DNA of 64,000 nt from an uncultured Chloroflexia bacterium (GTDB taxonomy: Bacteria; Chloroflexota; Limnocylindria; Limnocylindrales; CSP1-4). Below, piece after piece: positions 34,790-45,055 of the stretch. Each line of letters begins with the position of its first letter. The first letter of the stretch is position 1. Both the position numbers and the translations under genes were made by a program. Below the pieces are notes generated by a model. The model did no database searches. It worked only from the letters and a program-made list of their open reading frames with translations, and was not told the DNA's origin. Where the stretch lies: NCBI GenBank assembly GCA_963752475.1, contig CAVVYR010000006.1, positions 480,001-544,000 on the forward strand. Reading direction: 5' to 3'.

Positions 34790-36052
34790 TCAAGCCCGCT
34801 TCGGGCGGACGCCGAACAGCCGCCTGGCAGCGCTGAGGTCACCCCAGTCGATGCGGCTGACCCCACCGAAGGCCGCGTACTCCGCAAGTGCGGTGCGCAT
34901 GGCCTCCACGAAGCCCGGCTCCTGGCGAGGGGAGAAGGAACGCTCCCACCACAGCCCAAGGACACGGATCGTGCCGCTCTCGCGATCGATGCGCGGCTCG
35001 ATGCGGCCGACCAGGCGGTCGCCCCACAGTAGCGGCAGCACGTAGTAGCCCCAGCGGCGCTTGGCCTTGGGCACGTATACCTCCCAGACGTAGTCGAAGT
35101 CGAAGAGGTTCCGCAACAGATCGCGGTCCCATACGAGCGGGTCGAGCGGAGCCAGGAACACGACCGATGGAGAGGCAAGATCGGCGGCCGCATCGGCAGC
35201 GCGTAGCTGAGTCGATTCCTCGGCCAGCACGAATCGCCGTCCGCGCACGCCCTCGACCTCCACCGGGATGAGCGCGCCAGCATCCAGCAACTCCTCGCGC
35301 AGCTCCGCGCGGGTGGGAGTGCTGGGCGGGTCCGTGGCGCGCAACTTGCTCGCAGGGCCGAGCCCGTACCAGAGCGCGTACTCGCCGCTGGCCCCGAGCA
35401 GGCCGTGCGCCCGATAGCGCGAGAGCATCTTGTGGCGCAGCTGTTCGCGCTCGGATCGCTCATCACCCAGAAGCTCGGCCGGGAAGACCCGCTCGGTGAG
35501 GTCGAAGTACCTCCGGTTGCCCTCGCGCCTGTCGAGGCTTACGACCCCGGCCTCCCAGAGGGCCTCGAGGATGGCCCGCACCTCGGTCGTCGGACCCCAG
35601 TACCAGGAGACCTTGCCCTTTCGCTCGAAGTCGAGGCTCGTGAGCGGTCCTTCGGCGCGGATGCGCTCCAACACGTGCTCCATGGCCTCGCGATGACGCA
35701 CGAACGCATCTTCGGTGTGGATGCGGGTGAACCGCGCCCACGTGTGGCGATGCCAGGGCAGCTCGGAACTCGGGACCAGGCTGAGCATCTTGTTGTAGGT
35801 TTCGAAGAGTTCGCGCGTGCCGTAGAGCAGCTCGCTGGTCCACTCGATCTCGTAGTCGCGAACGCGTGCATGGAGTGCCAGGTCATGGTTGCGGCCGGCC
35901 ACCGCCAGCGGGTCGAACTGGATCGAGCCGAGCCGCTCGAACACCGCCCGCACGCCGTCGAGCCCGGCGGTCTGGGCGCGGGCAGGCGCGAGCATGTGGC
36001 GCTGCACGAGGAAACGGCGCGCACCGGCCGCGCTGACGACGATGGGGTCCAT
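34790..36052 (-). CDS. YcaQ/AlkZ-family (HTH_42) DNA crosslink glycosylase
   Basis: IQFDPL (QxD), FLAPLDPLVWDR, FDFDYVWEVYVP..KRRWGYYVLP. Confidence 0.88.
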   Translation of the reverse strand: MDPIVVSAAGARRFLVQRHMLAPARAQTAGLDGVRAVFERLGSIQFDPLAVAGRNHDLALHARVRDYEIEWTSELLYGTRELFETYNKMLSLVPSSELPWHRHTWARFTRIHTEDAFVRHREAMEHVLERIRAEGPLTSLDFERKGKVSWYWGPTTEVRAILEALWEAGVVSLDRREGNRRYFDLTERVFPAELLGDERSEREQLRHKMLSRYRAHGLLGASGEYALWYGLGPASKLRATDPPSTPTRAELREELLDAGALIPVEVEGVRGRRFVLAEESTQLRAADAAADLASPSVVFLAPLDPLVWDRDLLRNLFDFDYVWEVYVPKAKRRWGYYVLPLLWGDRLVGRIEPRIDRESGTIRVLGLWWERSFSPRQEPGFVEAMRTALAEYAAFGGVSRIDWGDLSAARRLFGVRPKRA

Positions 36053-36125
36053 CGCCTGAGCATAGGGGTCCCGAAGTAGCGGCCGCGAGGCCAACCGCTC
36101 GACCTTCCCTATACTTCCCATCTGC

Positions 36126-37301
36126 ATGGCCACATCCCGCGACTACTACGAGATCCTGGGGCTTGAGCGCGGCGCCAGCGACGAGGACATCAAGCGCTCC
36201 TTTCGGAAGCTGGCCCAGCAATGGCACCCCGACGTCAACACCGACCCTGACGCTGACGCGCGTTTCAAGGAGATCAACGAGGCCTACCAGGTCCTGTCCG
36301 ATCCCCAACGCCGGCAGCAGTACGACATGTTCGGTCGGGCTGGCGTCGGTGGCACCGGCGCGGGCGCCGAGGGCTACGGCCCGTTCGGCGGCTTCCAGGG
36401 CTTCGGCGACATCTTCGACGCCTTCTTCGGTGGCGCTGCCGCCGGAGGTGCTGGTGGACGCCGCACGCGCCGCCCCGCCGGCGCCGACCTTCGCTATGAC
36501 CTGCAGCTGACCTTCGAGGAGGCCGTCTTCGGGGCGGAGAAGGAACTCTCCTTCAGCGCCCTCGATACCTGCGACACATGCGATGGCTCCGGCGCCGAGG
36601 AGGGTTCCGAACCCATCTCGTGCCCCCAGTGCGACGGCAGTGGCGAGGTACGTGAGGTGCGCAACACGCTGCTCGGCCAGATGGTCAACGTCACGCCCTG
36701 CGGTCGCTGCCGCGGCACGGGCCAGGTCGTCGAGAAGCCCTGCCCCACCTGTGCCGGGCAGGGTCGCGCCGAGCGCAAACGCACCCTGCGTGTGAGCGTG
36801 CCGCCCGGCATCGATGACGGCCACCAGATCCGCCTCACCGGCGAAGGGGAGGCGGCACCCCGCGGCGGCACCCCCGGCAACCTCTACGTCGTGACCCACG
36901 TGGAAGAGCATCCGCAGCTCAAGCGCGACGGTACCGAGCTCTACCTCGAGCTCACCTTGTCGATGACGCAGGCGGCTCTGGGCGCCGACATCCCCATCAT
37001 CACGCCCGACGGCGAGGAGATGCTGGAGGTCAAGGCCGGCACGCAGCCCGGGACCGAGATCCGTCGTCGTGGCAAGGGCGTCCCGCACTTGCGCCGCAAG
37101 GGCGCTCGCGGCGACCTCCATGTGCTGGTCGACATCGAGGTGCCCAAGGACCTCAGCGATCGGCAGCGCGAGCTACTCGAGGAGCTGGCCGCGGAGTCGG
37201 GAGAGCTTGCGGCTGATGGCGAGACGGCCGTGGCTGACGGGCCGCGCACGAAGCATGGCAAGCGCTCGCTGGGCGACCGCATCAAGGACGCCATCGGCTA
37301 G
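36126..37301 (+). CDS. dnaJ: Chaperone DnaJ
   Basis: HPD J-domain, G/F-rich region, four CxxCxGxG repeats. Confidence 0.98.
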   Translation: MATSRDYYEILGLERGASDEDIKRSFRKLAQQWHPDVNTDPDADARFKEINEAYQVLSDPQRRQQYDMFGRAGVGGTGAGAEGYGPFGGFQGFGDIFDAFFGGAAAGGAGGRRTRRPAGADLRYDLQLTFEEAVFGAEKELSFSALDTCDTCDGSGAEEGSEPISCPQCDGSGEVREVRNTLLGQMVNVTPCGRCRGTGQVVEKPCPTCAGQGRAERKRTLRVSVPPGIDDGHQIRLTGEGEAAPRGGTPGNLYVVTHVEEHPQLKRDGTELYLELTLSMTQAALGADIPIITPDGEEMLEVKAGTQPGTEIRRRGKGVPHLRRKGARGDLHVLVDIEVPKDLSDRQRELLEELAAESGELAADGETAVADGPRTKHGKRSLGDRIKDAIG

Positions 37302-37303
37302 AC

Positions 37304-38299
37304 GTGAACGACGAGAAGCGGACGCCGCCCGGAGCCGATGAGGGCACCTCGGCGGCAGGGACCTGGCTGGAGCTGGCCATCGAGTGTGACCCGGAGGCGG
37401 TGGAGGCCGTGAGCGAGATCCTCTCGCGCGCGGCCAGCGGCGGCGTCTCGGTAGAGCAGCCCTTCACCACCGGGCAGGAGGGCTTGGCTGCTACGCCCAT
37501 CTTCGATGCTCCGGTGACGATCCGTGCGTACCTTCCGGCCCTCGACATGGCCGCAGCAGAGGCGGCTATCGCCCAAGCCCGTGAGCGGCTCGGCCACCTC
37601 ACCGCCTTCGATCTGCGTCCCATCGGCGAGCTGCAGGTGCGTGAGGTCCACGAGGAGGACTGGGCCTCGGCCTGGAAGGAGCACTTCCCGGTCATGCGCC
37701 TCGGACAGCGGATCGTCATCAAGCCCACGTGGCGTGAGTACGACCCTGCACCCGACGACGTCATCATCGCGCTCGATCCGGGCATGGCCTTCGGCACCGG
37801 GCTGCATCCCACCACGCGCCTTTGCCTCCTGGGCCTCGAGCGCTGGGACGACGAGGGCCTCGTCACAGGCGCCAGCGCGTTCGATGTCGGCAGCGGCTCG
37901 GGTGTGCTCGCGGTGGGTGCGGCATTGCTGGGGGCCGTGCCCGTGCGCGCCATCGACACGGACCCCATCGCGGTCGAGTCGACACACCAGAACGCCACCC
38001 GCAACGGCGTGACGGTGCGCGCCACCCAGGGCAGCTTGCCCATCGACGACGGTCCCTTCGATCTCGTCTTCGCCAACCTCGTAGCCTCGATCCTCGTCGA
38101 GCTCGCGGCGCTGCTCGCCGGGACCGTTCGACCCGGCGACGGCACGCCCGGCAGCGGTGGCCGGCTGTTGGCCTCGGGCATCTTCATCGACCGCGAGCCG
38201 GAGGTGCGGCGCGCCCTTGCGGCGGCCGGCCTGCGCGTCGTCCATCGGGAGCAGGAGACCGAATGGGTCTCGCTCGACCTCGAGCGCCCCGAACCGTGA
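37304..38299 (+). CDS. prmA: Ribosomal protein L11 methyltransferase
   Basis: DPGMAFGTGLHPTT, DVGSGSG, ANL, SGI; follows dnaJ. Confidence 0.95.
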   Translation: MNDEKRTPPGADEGTSAAGTWLELAIECDPEAVEAVSEILSRAASGGVSVEQPFTTGQEGLAATPIFDAPVTIRAYLPALDMAAAEAAIAQARERLGHLTAFDLRPIGELQVREVHEEDWASAWKEHFPVMRLGQRIVIKPTWREYDPAPDDVIIALDPGMAFGTGLHPTTRLCLLGLERWDDEGLVTGASAFDVGSGSGVLAVGAALLGAVPVRAIDTDPIAVESTHQNATRNGVTVRATQGSLPIDDGPFDLVFANLVASILVELAALLAGTVRPGDGTPGSGGRLLASGIFIDREPEVRRALAAAGLRVVHREQETEWVSLDLERPEP

Positions 38300-38781
38300 T
38301 CCCGGCCGAGTGGTTCCCTTACCTCCTGACCATCCACATCATCCTGGCCATCTCGCTCTTCGTGCCGGCCTTCGCACTGCCATTCACGATGCGGACGCGG
38401 GGCATGGACGGCGAGCCCGTCGTCGGCGGCAACCGCGGTCGTGCCGTGCGCGGCCTCATCTGGCTCGAGGCGCACGGCACGGTCATCATCGGTGTCGGGG
38501 TCGCCGCGACCGGCATCGGCATGCTGGCCATCCTCGGCTCGCAGTTCGCACAGCAGCCCTGGCTCCTGCTCGGCATCTCCATCTATGCCGTCATCCTGGT
38601 CGTCTCGTTCTTCGTCCAGCGACCGGGCGTCCGTCGTCTGCTCGGGCTCAGGGAGGCCGCGACCGAGGAGGAGAAGGAGAAGTGGCGGCAGCGAGCGCGT
38701 CGGCAGCGCTACATCAGCTACGGCATGGCCGCAGCCATCGGCCTCATCGGTTGGCTCATGATGAGCAAGCCCCAGTTCTAG
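38296..38781 (+). CDS. DUF2269-like membrane protein
   Basis: HIILA N-terminus, four TM helices, LMMSKP end; GTGA overlap with prmA. Confidence 0.7.
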   Translation: MIPAEWFPYLLTIHIILAISLFVPAFALPFTMRTRGMDGEPVVGGNRGRAVRGLIWLEAHGTVIIGVGVAATGIGMLAILGSQFAQQPWLLLGISIYAVILVVSFFVQRPGVRRLLGLREAATEEEKEKWRQRARRQRYISYGMAAAIGLIGWLMMSKPQF

Positions 38782-38797
38782 TCCGCAGGAGGAGCCA

Positions 38798-39148
38798 GTG
38801 ACCGACCCGAACTGCCTGTTCTGCAAGATCGTGGCGGGTGAGATCCCGTCGGACAAGGTCCACGAAGACGAGCTCGTACTCGCCTTCAACGACATCAACC
38901 CGGTCGCGCCGACCCATCAGCTCGTCATTCCCAAGCGCCACATCGCCTCCGCCGCCGACCTGGCCGAGACCGATGCCGAGCTGCTGGGCCGGGTCTTCGC
39001 GGTGGCCGCGTCACTCGCGGCCGATGCCGGGTTGCCCGGCTCGGGCTATCGCGTGGTCACCAATGTCGGCGTCGACGGCGGCCAGTCGGTCGCTCACCTG
39101 CACTTCCATCTCCTCGGCGGCCGGGCCATGACCTGGCCTCCGGGCTGA
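38798..39148 (+). CDS. hinT: HIT-family nucleotide-binding protein
   Basis: CLFCKI, HLHFHLLGGR, WPPG. Confidence 0.95.
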   Translation: MTDPNCLFCKIVAGEIPSDKVHEDELVLAFNDINPVAPTHQLVIPKRHIASAADLAETDAELLGRVFAVAASLAADAGLPGSGYRVVTNVGVDGGQSVAHLHFHLLGGRAMTWPPG

Positions 39149-39158
39149 GCGCTCGCTG

Positions 39159-39698
39159 ATGCCGCTCAGGCTGCTCATGACACTGCCGCTGGTCGCGGTC
39201 CTCGCCCTCGCCGCCTGTGCCAGCCCGGACCGACCGTCGGTGGTGCCCGACGAGGTCGAGCTGCCGACGCCGATGCGCACGATCGACGTCTCCGTCCAGC
39301 GCACGATCACGGCGCTCGAGACCGCGCTGGCCGGAGCCGGGGAGCGCTTGACCATGCCCATCGGGTCATATCGGCCGTCGGAGCCGAGTTCGCTGCTGCA
39401 GTTGCCGCGGACGATTCGGCGCGTGGACCTCGCCGACCCCGACGACGGCTTCGTCGTCATCTACGAGGCGCCCAGCGACGGCGCCGCCACGGAGCTGGCC
39501 GATGATCTCGTCGAGTACGTCGAGTCCGGCTTCGGGCAGACGAACTTCGCTGCCGACACGCAGTTCGCGGTGAGTACGCTCGAGGACACGATCGTGTTCA
39601 CGACGTGGTCGCAGCGCCGCTCGGACGACCCTGACCGCGCGCAGGCTGCATTCGACGCCATCGCCAGCGTGGGCACCCCTGTCGAGATCAACAAGTAG
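39159..39698 (+). CDS. Hypothetical lipoprotein
   Basis: Hydrophobic signal peptide with LAAC lipobox. Confidence 0.7.
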   Translation: MPLRLLMTLPLVAVLALAACASPDRPSVVPDEVELPTPMRTIDVSVQRTITALETALAGAGERLTMPIGSYRPSEPSSLLQLPRTIRRVDLADPDDGFVVIYEAPSDGAATELADDLVEYVESGFGQTNFAADTQFAVSTLEDTIVFTTWSQRRSDDPDRAQAAFDAIASVGTPVEINK

Positions 39699-39701
39699 GG
39701 A

Positions 39702-41393
39702 CTACTCGGCCTCTCGGACTTGCAGGGCCACATCGCCACCAGCCCACTCGCGCACGAGATTGCGCCTGATCTTCATCGTGTGCGTGCGTGGGAAGTCGCG
39801 CTCGGGCCAGAGTCGCCAGGCGGCGACTCGCTGGTGCATCGAGAGGTCGGCGTTGGCGGCCTTGACCAGGCCGTCGATCTCCGTCCGCAGCTCGTCATCC
39901 ACCTCGCGGTCGTTCGCGGCCTCTTGGTCCGCCCGCACGATGGGCACTGAGCCCGGAGGTAGCACCACCGCCTCGATGCGGCCTGGATCGGTCTCGAGCA
40001 CGACGGCCTGGGACAACCCGTGGTCGGCGAGGGCGGCCTCGATGTCCTCGGGATAGACGTTGAGCCCGTTGGGCAGCACGATCATGTTCTTCAGGCGCCC
40101 GGAGAGCCGTAGATCGCCCGACTCGGTGAACTCACCTGTGTCGCCCATCCGGTACCAGCCGTCCTCGGTGCGTGCCTCGCGCGTGTTCTCCTCGTCGCGC
40201 CAGTAGCCCGGTGAGACATTGCTGCCCCTGACCTGGATCTCGCCGGTATCGGGATCGATACGCACCTCGGTGTCCGCGTGGGAACGACCGACCAGCCCCG
40301 GTGGATGGTGCCACTCGGTGTTGGCCACCGCGAAGCCGACCTCGGTCGAGCCGTAGCCCTGCAGGACGACGATGCCGAGGTCCTCCCAGGCGATCTGGAG
40401 CTCCGGTGGGAGGTAGGACCCGGCCGAGAGGATCAGCTCGAGGGCGCCGCCCATTCGCGCGTGCACCGGGCGGAACAGCAGCCGTCTGAGGGGGTAGGGC
40501 AGGAACTTCGCGAGTCGCGGGGCATGGTCGATGTACGGGGAGCCCAGGCGTCGCTTGCGGATCTGGCGCTGAAGGCTGTTCCAGACCAGCTCGAGCACTT
40601 GGGGGGTGGCGACGAGGACATTGACTTTCAGCTCGCTCAGCAACCCGGAGATCAGGCGGAGGTTGCGCACGTACACCACCTCGGCTCCGAGCATCGTGCC
40701 CGTGAACAGGGTCCCGATCTGCTCGAGCAGATGGGACAACGGGAGGATGGAGATGGTCCTCAAGTGCCGCACCTCGAAGAGGTCCGTGAACATGCCCATG
40801 GACGCGAGGAAGTTGCCGTGGGTCAGGAGCACGCCCTTGGGCGCGGCCGTGGTGCCCGAGGTGAAGTGGATCTCGAAGAGCGAATCGCGATCTGGTTGCG
40901 GCCAGCCTCGGACCTGAGCCTCCCAATCCTTGGGCCAGTCATCGTCGGGCTCGGCCGTCAGATCGCCCAGCTTCTGGATGTCCATGCTCTCGAGTCCGAT
41001 CTCGGCGGGATCCGGAGCGTCATAGCCCTCGTCCACCGCCAGCGAGCGCGTGTCGGCGATGGAGGCGATGCGCTCGACGACCTCCTTGGTCATGCGTAGG
41101 TCGATGGGCACGACCACGAGGCTGGCCCTCATCGCGCCCCAGTAGACCGCAGGCAGGTTGGGAGTCGAGGGTGACCACGTCATCAGGCGATCGCCCGGCT
41201 CCAGCCCGAGAGAGCGGAGTCGCCAGGCCGCGAGCATCGAGCGCCGCTGCATCTCCTGCGCTGACCACGCAAGCTCGGTGCCCGAGTCCAGGCGCAGGCT
41301 GTACATGACGCGTTCCGCGGGCCAGCGCCCGGCCGCATCGTCCAGCAGCTCGACGAGCGAGTCGTAGTCCGAGGCATGGGGGAAGTCGGTCAT
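39702..41393 (-). CDS. Long-chain acyl-CoA synthetase / AMP-binding enzyme
   Basis: FTSGTTAAPKG, GYGSTE, MGD, GRLKNMI. Confidence 0.88.
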   Translation of the reverse strand: MTDFPHASDYDSLVELLDDAAGRWPAERVMYSLRLDSGTELAWSAQEMQRRSMLAAWRLRSLGLEPGDRLMTWSPSTPNLPAVYWGAMRASLVVVPIDLRMTKEVVERIASIADTRSLAVDEGYDAPDPAEIGLESMDIQKLGDLTAEPDDDWPKDWEAQVRGWPQPDRDSLFEIHFTSGTTAAPKGVLLTHGNFLASMGMFTDLFEVRHLRTISILPLSHLLEQIGTLFTGTMLGAEVVYVRNLRLISGLLSELKVNVLVATPQVLELVWNSLQRQIRKRRLGSPYIDHAPRLAKFLPYPLRRLLFRPVHARMGGALELILSAGSYLPPELQIAWEDLGIVVLQGYGSTEVGFAVANTEWHHPPGLVGRSHADTEVRIDPDTGEIQVRGSNVSPGYWRDEENTREARTEDGWYRMGDTGEFTESGDLRLSGRLKNMIVLPNGLNVYPEDIEAALADHGLSQAVVLETDPGRIEAVVLPPGSVPIVRADQEAANDREVDDELRTEIDGLVKAANADLSMHQRVAAWRLWPERDFPRTHTMKIRRNLVREWAGGDVALQVREAE

Positions 41394-41643
41394 GGCCGGG
41401 AAGTGTAGCGGTGAGTCCAGGCCGCGATGGAACCAGCAGGCGCGAGTGAACGATCAAGTCGAACCCGAAGCGGATCGACTCACCTACTAGTCGATGATCA
41501 CCACAGAGGGTCCGGCCGGTCATCGAGGAGGCAGATGCTCGGCGCAGGATCGGGGCCCTGGCTACTCCATCCTCGATGCACCCGACCAGTACCGCCGATG
41601 CCGGTGGACCGCTGCCTGACGGGGCTCGGGCAAGATAGTGCCG

Positions 41644-42279
41644 ATGGACAAGCGCACCTTCTTCGACATCATGGGTACCGCGCCCGCGACGGTCACCGTC
41701 GTGACCACCGTCGACGCCGACGGCCAGCCCCGCGGTTTGACCGTCGGTGCCGTGGCCAGCGTGTCAGCCGAGCCGCCGTCGCTGCTCATCAGCCTCGACC
41801 GGCGATCGCGCTCGTTGCAGCTGCTGCTGGCGGCGGGTCGCTTCGCGGTCAACTACCTGCGCGGTGACCGGGCAGAGCTCTCACGCCGCTTCTCCATGCC
41901 GATCGACGACCGGTTCGCCGGGATCGAGTGGCGCCCTGGCTCTACGGGTATGCCGATCCTGTACGAGGACAGCCTTTCGTGGCTTGAATGCCGCATCGAA
42001 CAGGTCGTCGAGGCCGGTGACCACGTCGTGCTCATCGCCGCGGTGGAGGATGGACGAACGCCAACGCCCGGCTCACGTCCGCTGATGTACTTCCGGCATC
42101 ACTACGAGGCCTGGCCCGGCAACGTCGACGACCCGCAGGCTACGGCTCCGAAGCAGGGCTCGGCTCCGAAGCAGGGCTCGGCTGCGCCCGCGCCGACGGC
42201 TCCGCCGACGGAGACGGGGCTCCCGAGGCAGACGGGCTCGGTGCCTTCGACGCGGAGGACTTCTTCGAGCCAGTCTTGA
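41644..42279 (+). CDS. Flavin reductase family protein
   Basis: VTVVTT, SVSAEPP, GDH, PLMY; the 3' tail overlaps the convergent LCP gene. Confidence 0.85.
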   Translation: MDKRTFFDIMGTAPATVTVVTTVDADGQPRGLTVGAVASVSAEPPSLLISLDRRSRSLQLLLAAGRFAVNYLRGDRAELSRRFSMPIDDRFAGIEWRPGSTGMPILYEDSLSWLECRIEQVVEAGDHVVLIAAVEDGRTPTPGSRPLMYFRHHYEAWPGNVDDPQATAPKQGSAPKQGSAAPAPTAPPTETGLPRQTGSVPSTRRTSSSQS

Positions 42280-43711
42280 AGACGTTCTTCACGGCCTTGC
42301 GGATCCTGGACAGGTTGGGCTTGATGTCGTAGTCGGCCTGGGTCACCCCATAGCCCTTGAGCGGTGAGAGCACCAGCGACCGGGGCTTGCGCGTATCGAG
42401 CTCGGTCGCGAGCAGCACCAGCTGCGGCAGCATCCTGGCTGGGATGTTGGTGGTCACGTACTCGTCGAACTGCGTGCGCAGCTCACCGATGACGCCCGGC
42501 TCGAGCATGGCCTCGAGGTCGACCTGATCCCTGAACGACTCGACCAGGTACTGCTGCCGGGCGGATCGGTCGAAGTCCGAGGTCGACTTGCGCGAGCGGG
42601 CGTACGCCAGCGACTCCTGACCATTCATCTTCTGGATGCCCGGTGGGACGTAGAGCTTGAGCTTGCCGCGTCCGTCGGCGGCGGCGTAGGCCGCATCGAA
42701 GAGCGGCACCTGCACGTCCACGACCACACCGCCCAAGGCGTTCACCGCTCCTCGGAAGGACTTGAGGTCGACGGCCACGTAGTGCCGGATGTCGAGCTTG
42801 TAGAGCTCCGACAGCGCGCCCATGAGCGCCCGGTAGCCACGGTCCTTGTCGTTGCCGGGGAAGAGGTCGTCACGCAGCCGCGCGGTGATGTAGAGCGTGT
42901 TGATTCGGCCGGCGTAGGCATCGCCGAAGACGGAGCGGGCCTTGCGGAAATCGGCGGTCCGTGGAAGCGGCACGTCGACGGTGTCGCGTGGCAGGGAGAT
43001 GAAGGCCATGCGACCCGAGGCCGGATCGATGCTCACGACCATCATCGTGTCGGTCAGGTAGGTCCGCTCGCCGGGCCGGCCGCTGTCGAGACCCACGAGC
43101 AGGATGTCGAGCCGCTCGTCGGAGTCCCAGGGCTCGACCGTGGGGGAGGGAGTGTCGCCAGGTTCAGGGCTGGCAGCGAGGGCGTCGGGAGCCGCGGTGG
43201 CCGAGACGATGTCTCGCAGGTCCGGCGGGAGCTCGCTGATGTCCGGGATGGCGCTGGTGTCGCCGCCGCCATCGAAGGCGTCGAGCACGTCCTGGGCGTA
43301 GCGCACCGGCATGGCGGTCGCGACGTGGCTGCCCAGGATCACGACCACGATGAGGGCGACACCGACGGCCGAGGCCGTGCGCGTGATGCCCGTCCCGATG
43401 AGCGGGTCGCGCGCGAGGCGCCAGGCGTCGAGCACCGCAGCCAGTCGGTAGAGAGCATCGAGGGCGATGAGCAGGAGCGCCGCGGTGAGGACGTCCGGAT
43501 CGACGAACGATGCCAGGGTCTCCTTGACCCCGGTCGTGGTGATGTAGCCGAGGCTCGCGACCAAGGCAAGGATGGGGAGCGCCATCCAGAGAAGGGCTCG
43601 AAGCCAGCGTCGCAGGTAGACATGGCCCAGGCCGGGCAGCAGGAACGAAAGGAAGGCGGCCGTAAACGCGCTCCTCACCGGCGCGAGTGCGGCCCTTCCT
43701 TCACTGGTCAT
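42140..43711 (-). CDS. LytR-CpsA-Psr (LCP) family protein with N-terminal TM region
   Basis: ILLVGLD, TDTMM, SLPRD, YARSR, DFDRSARQQ. Confidence 0.9.
   Translation of the reverse strand: MTSEGRAALAPVRSAFTAAFLSFLLPGLGHVYLRRWLRALLWMALPILALVASLGYITTTGVKETLASFVDPDVLTAALLLIALDALYRLAAVLDAWRLARDPLIGTGITRTASAVGVALIVVVILGSHVATAMPVRYAQDVLDAFDGGGDTSAIPDISELPPDLRDIVSATAAPDALAASPEPGDTPSPTVEPWDSDERLDILLVGLDSGRPGERTYLTDTMMVVSIDPASGRMAFISLPRDTVDVPLPRTADFRKARSVFGDAYAGRINTLYITARLRDDLFPGNDKDRGYRALMGALSELYKLDIRHYVAVDLKSFRGAVNALGGVVVDVQVPLFDAAYAAADGRGKLKLYVPPGIQKMNGQESLAYARSRKSTSDFDRSARQQYLVESFRDQVDLEAMLEPGVIGELRTQFDEYVTTNIPARMLPQLVLLATELDTRKPRSLVLSPLKGYGVTQADYDIKPNLSRIRKAVKNVFKTGSKKSSASKAPSPSASGAPSPSAEPSARAQPSPASEPSPASEP
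42143..42183. repeat. 18-bp tandem repeat, about 2.3 copies
   Basis: CGGCTCCGAAGCAGGGCT x2 + CGGCT; encodes the SPASEP tail of LCP. Confidence 0.85.
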
Positions 43712-44063
43712 GCGGCAGCGGCACCCCTCTCGACGACTCGTGCACCACGGCAGCGCACGCCCCAAGCCTGCAACCTCTCGGCCGCCGAATCAAGCCCCGC
43801 CGGTGTCTCGAAGACCAAGACTCCTTCACATCGTGAACGACGCTCTCGGGCAGCCGCCGATCAGGCACGCGAGTGACGGCCGCAAGCACGGGGATGAGGC
43901 CGATCGCCGGTCCGCTGTGGCTGCCTCGCCGAGAGTGTTGCGAGCGGCCGATCGGTTGGCTCGGTGGTGTGGCCCCAGGCGTGTGGACCAGGGCGTCCGC
44001 TCACCGTCATCCTGGCCATGATCCCTTGTCCTCGCGTCGGCGTGGCGCCACTACACTCAGGTC

Positions 44064-44441
44064 ATGACTGGTGAACGACTCGCTCGGGTGACGCTCGCGC
44101 TCGACGCGGGCTATTGCGCGGTGATGGGGCTGCTCGTCATCGTCTTCCGTGCCCGCATCGCCGGACTGGTCCGCCTGCCGGGCGTGGCCATCGGCGCCCT
44201 CGGCGCAGCCATCATCGGGTGGGCCTATGTGGTTCTAGGGCAGGCGGTGCGCCTCGACTGGCGCCGCGGTATCAAGCAGACGCTGACTGCCAACGTGGCG
44301 GCAGCATCGCTCCTCGCGCTCGGCGCCGCCCTCCATCCGGGTCGAGGTGCGAGTGCGCTGATGGCTTTCGTGTCCCTCGACGCCATCTCGATGGCTATGG
44401 CCCAGGCTTTCTCGCTCACCCGACGGCGCGGCAGGGAGTAG
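44064..44441 (+). CDS. Small membrane protein (about four TM helices)
   Basis: Hydrophobic 125-aa ORF; TACACT 6 nt upstream of the ATG. Confidence 0.7.
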   Translation: MTGERLARVTLALDAGYCAVMGLLVIVFRARIAGLVRLPGVAIGALGAAIIGWAYVVLGQAVRLDWRRGIKQTLTANVAAASLLALGAALHPGRGASALMAFVSLDAISMAMAQAFSLTRRRGRE

Positions 44442-44918
44442 CGCTCAGGTCGCACGGCTCGAGAGGGCCATGAGCGGAGGCAAGAGGCGTGCAGATGGCC
44501 AGCCGTCGCTGGAGCCGACCGTAGTCTCACTCGTAGTCAGCCGTTCCAGGCCACGAGGACGGTGGCCGGCCGGCGACGAGCGTGAGTGGGCATATTCCCG
44601 GCGCGGATGCCTCGATTCGGGCGACAAGAGTCGTCCCACGTTGGACTTGCGTCGGCAGGAGCGACGCGTGGCTATCGCTCGAGCTTCGAGCGGCCGCTAG
44701 CGTCGGTGCCGGCGACGATCGGCCATGAGCCAGGCTCCAACAGCCGATAGCGTCGGTGCAGGCGACCTTGATCCAAGGACGAGTCGTGCTGTGTCTGGGC
44801 GATCGGCCGTGTCGTGCAGCTGGACTAGACCGATGACCTTCACGGCCGATGGGGCGGCCGGCCACCTCATCGGCGGCGATGCGCCCGCCGCGCCATGGCA
44901 CCGGAACCGCTGGGCCGT

Positions 44919-44948
44919 TTGACCGCGCGCGAGAGCGTCACCTACACT
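44919..44948 (+). promoter_or_regulatory. Probable rpsU promoter
   Basis: TTGACC, 18 nt, TACACT. Confidence 0.6.
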
Positions 44949-45055
44949 CTATCTCGGCCTCACCGTGCACTTCACGTCGCGCGGGGCTCCCCGTCGGTCC
45001 TGGTCCCGACGGTCGAGTGCGGCCTGATACCGACCAGCGGGAGGTGATTTCCTAG

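Noticed and set aside
34268-34793. ORFs 34268-34471 and 34593-34793 as real genes
   Set aside because: No RBS or motifs; they coincide with the hairpin RNA and the palindromic element
42140-42279. Functional dual-coding overlap of flavin reductase and LCP
   Set aside because: The overlap covers only low-complexity tails containing an 18-bp repeat; probably simple read-through to the next stop
44559-44766. CRISPR array
   Set aside because: Only two near-identical 19-mers, irregular spacing and no cas genes; kept only as a low-interest repeat
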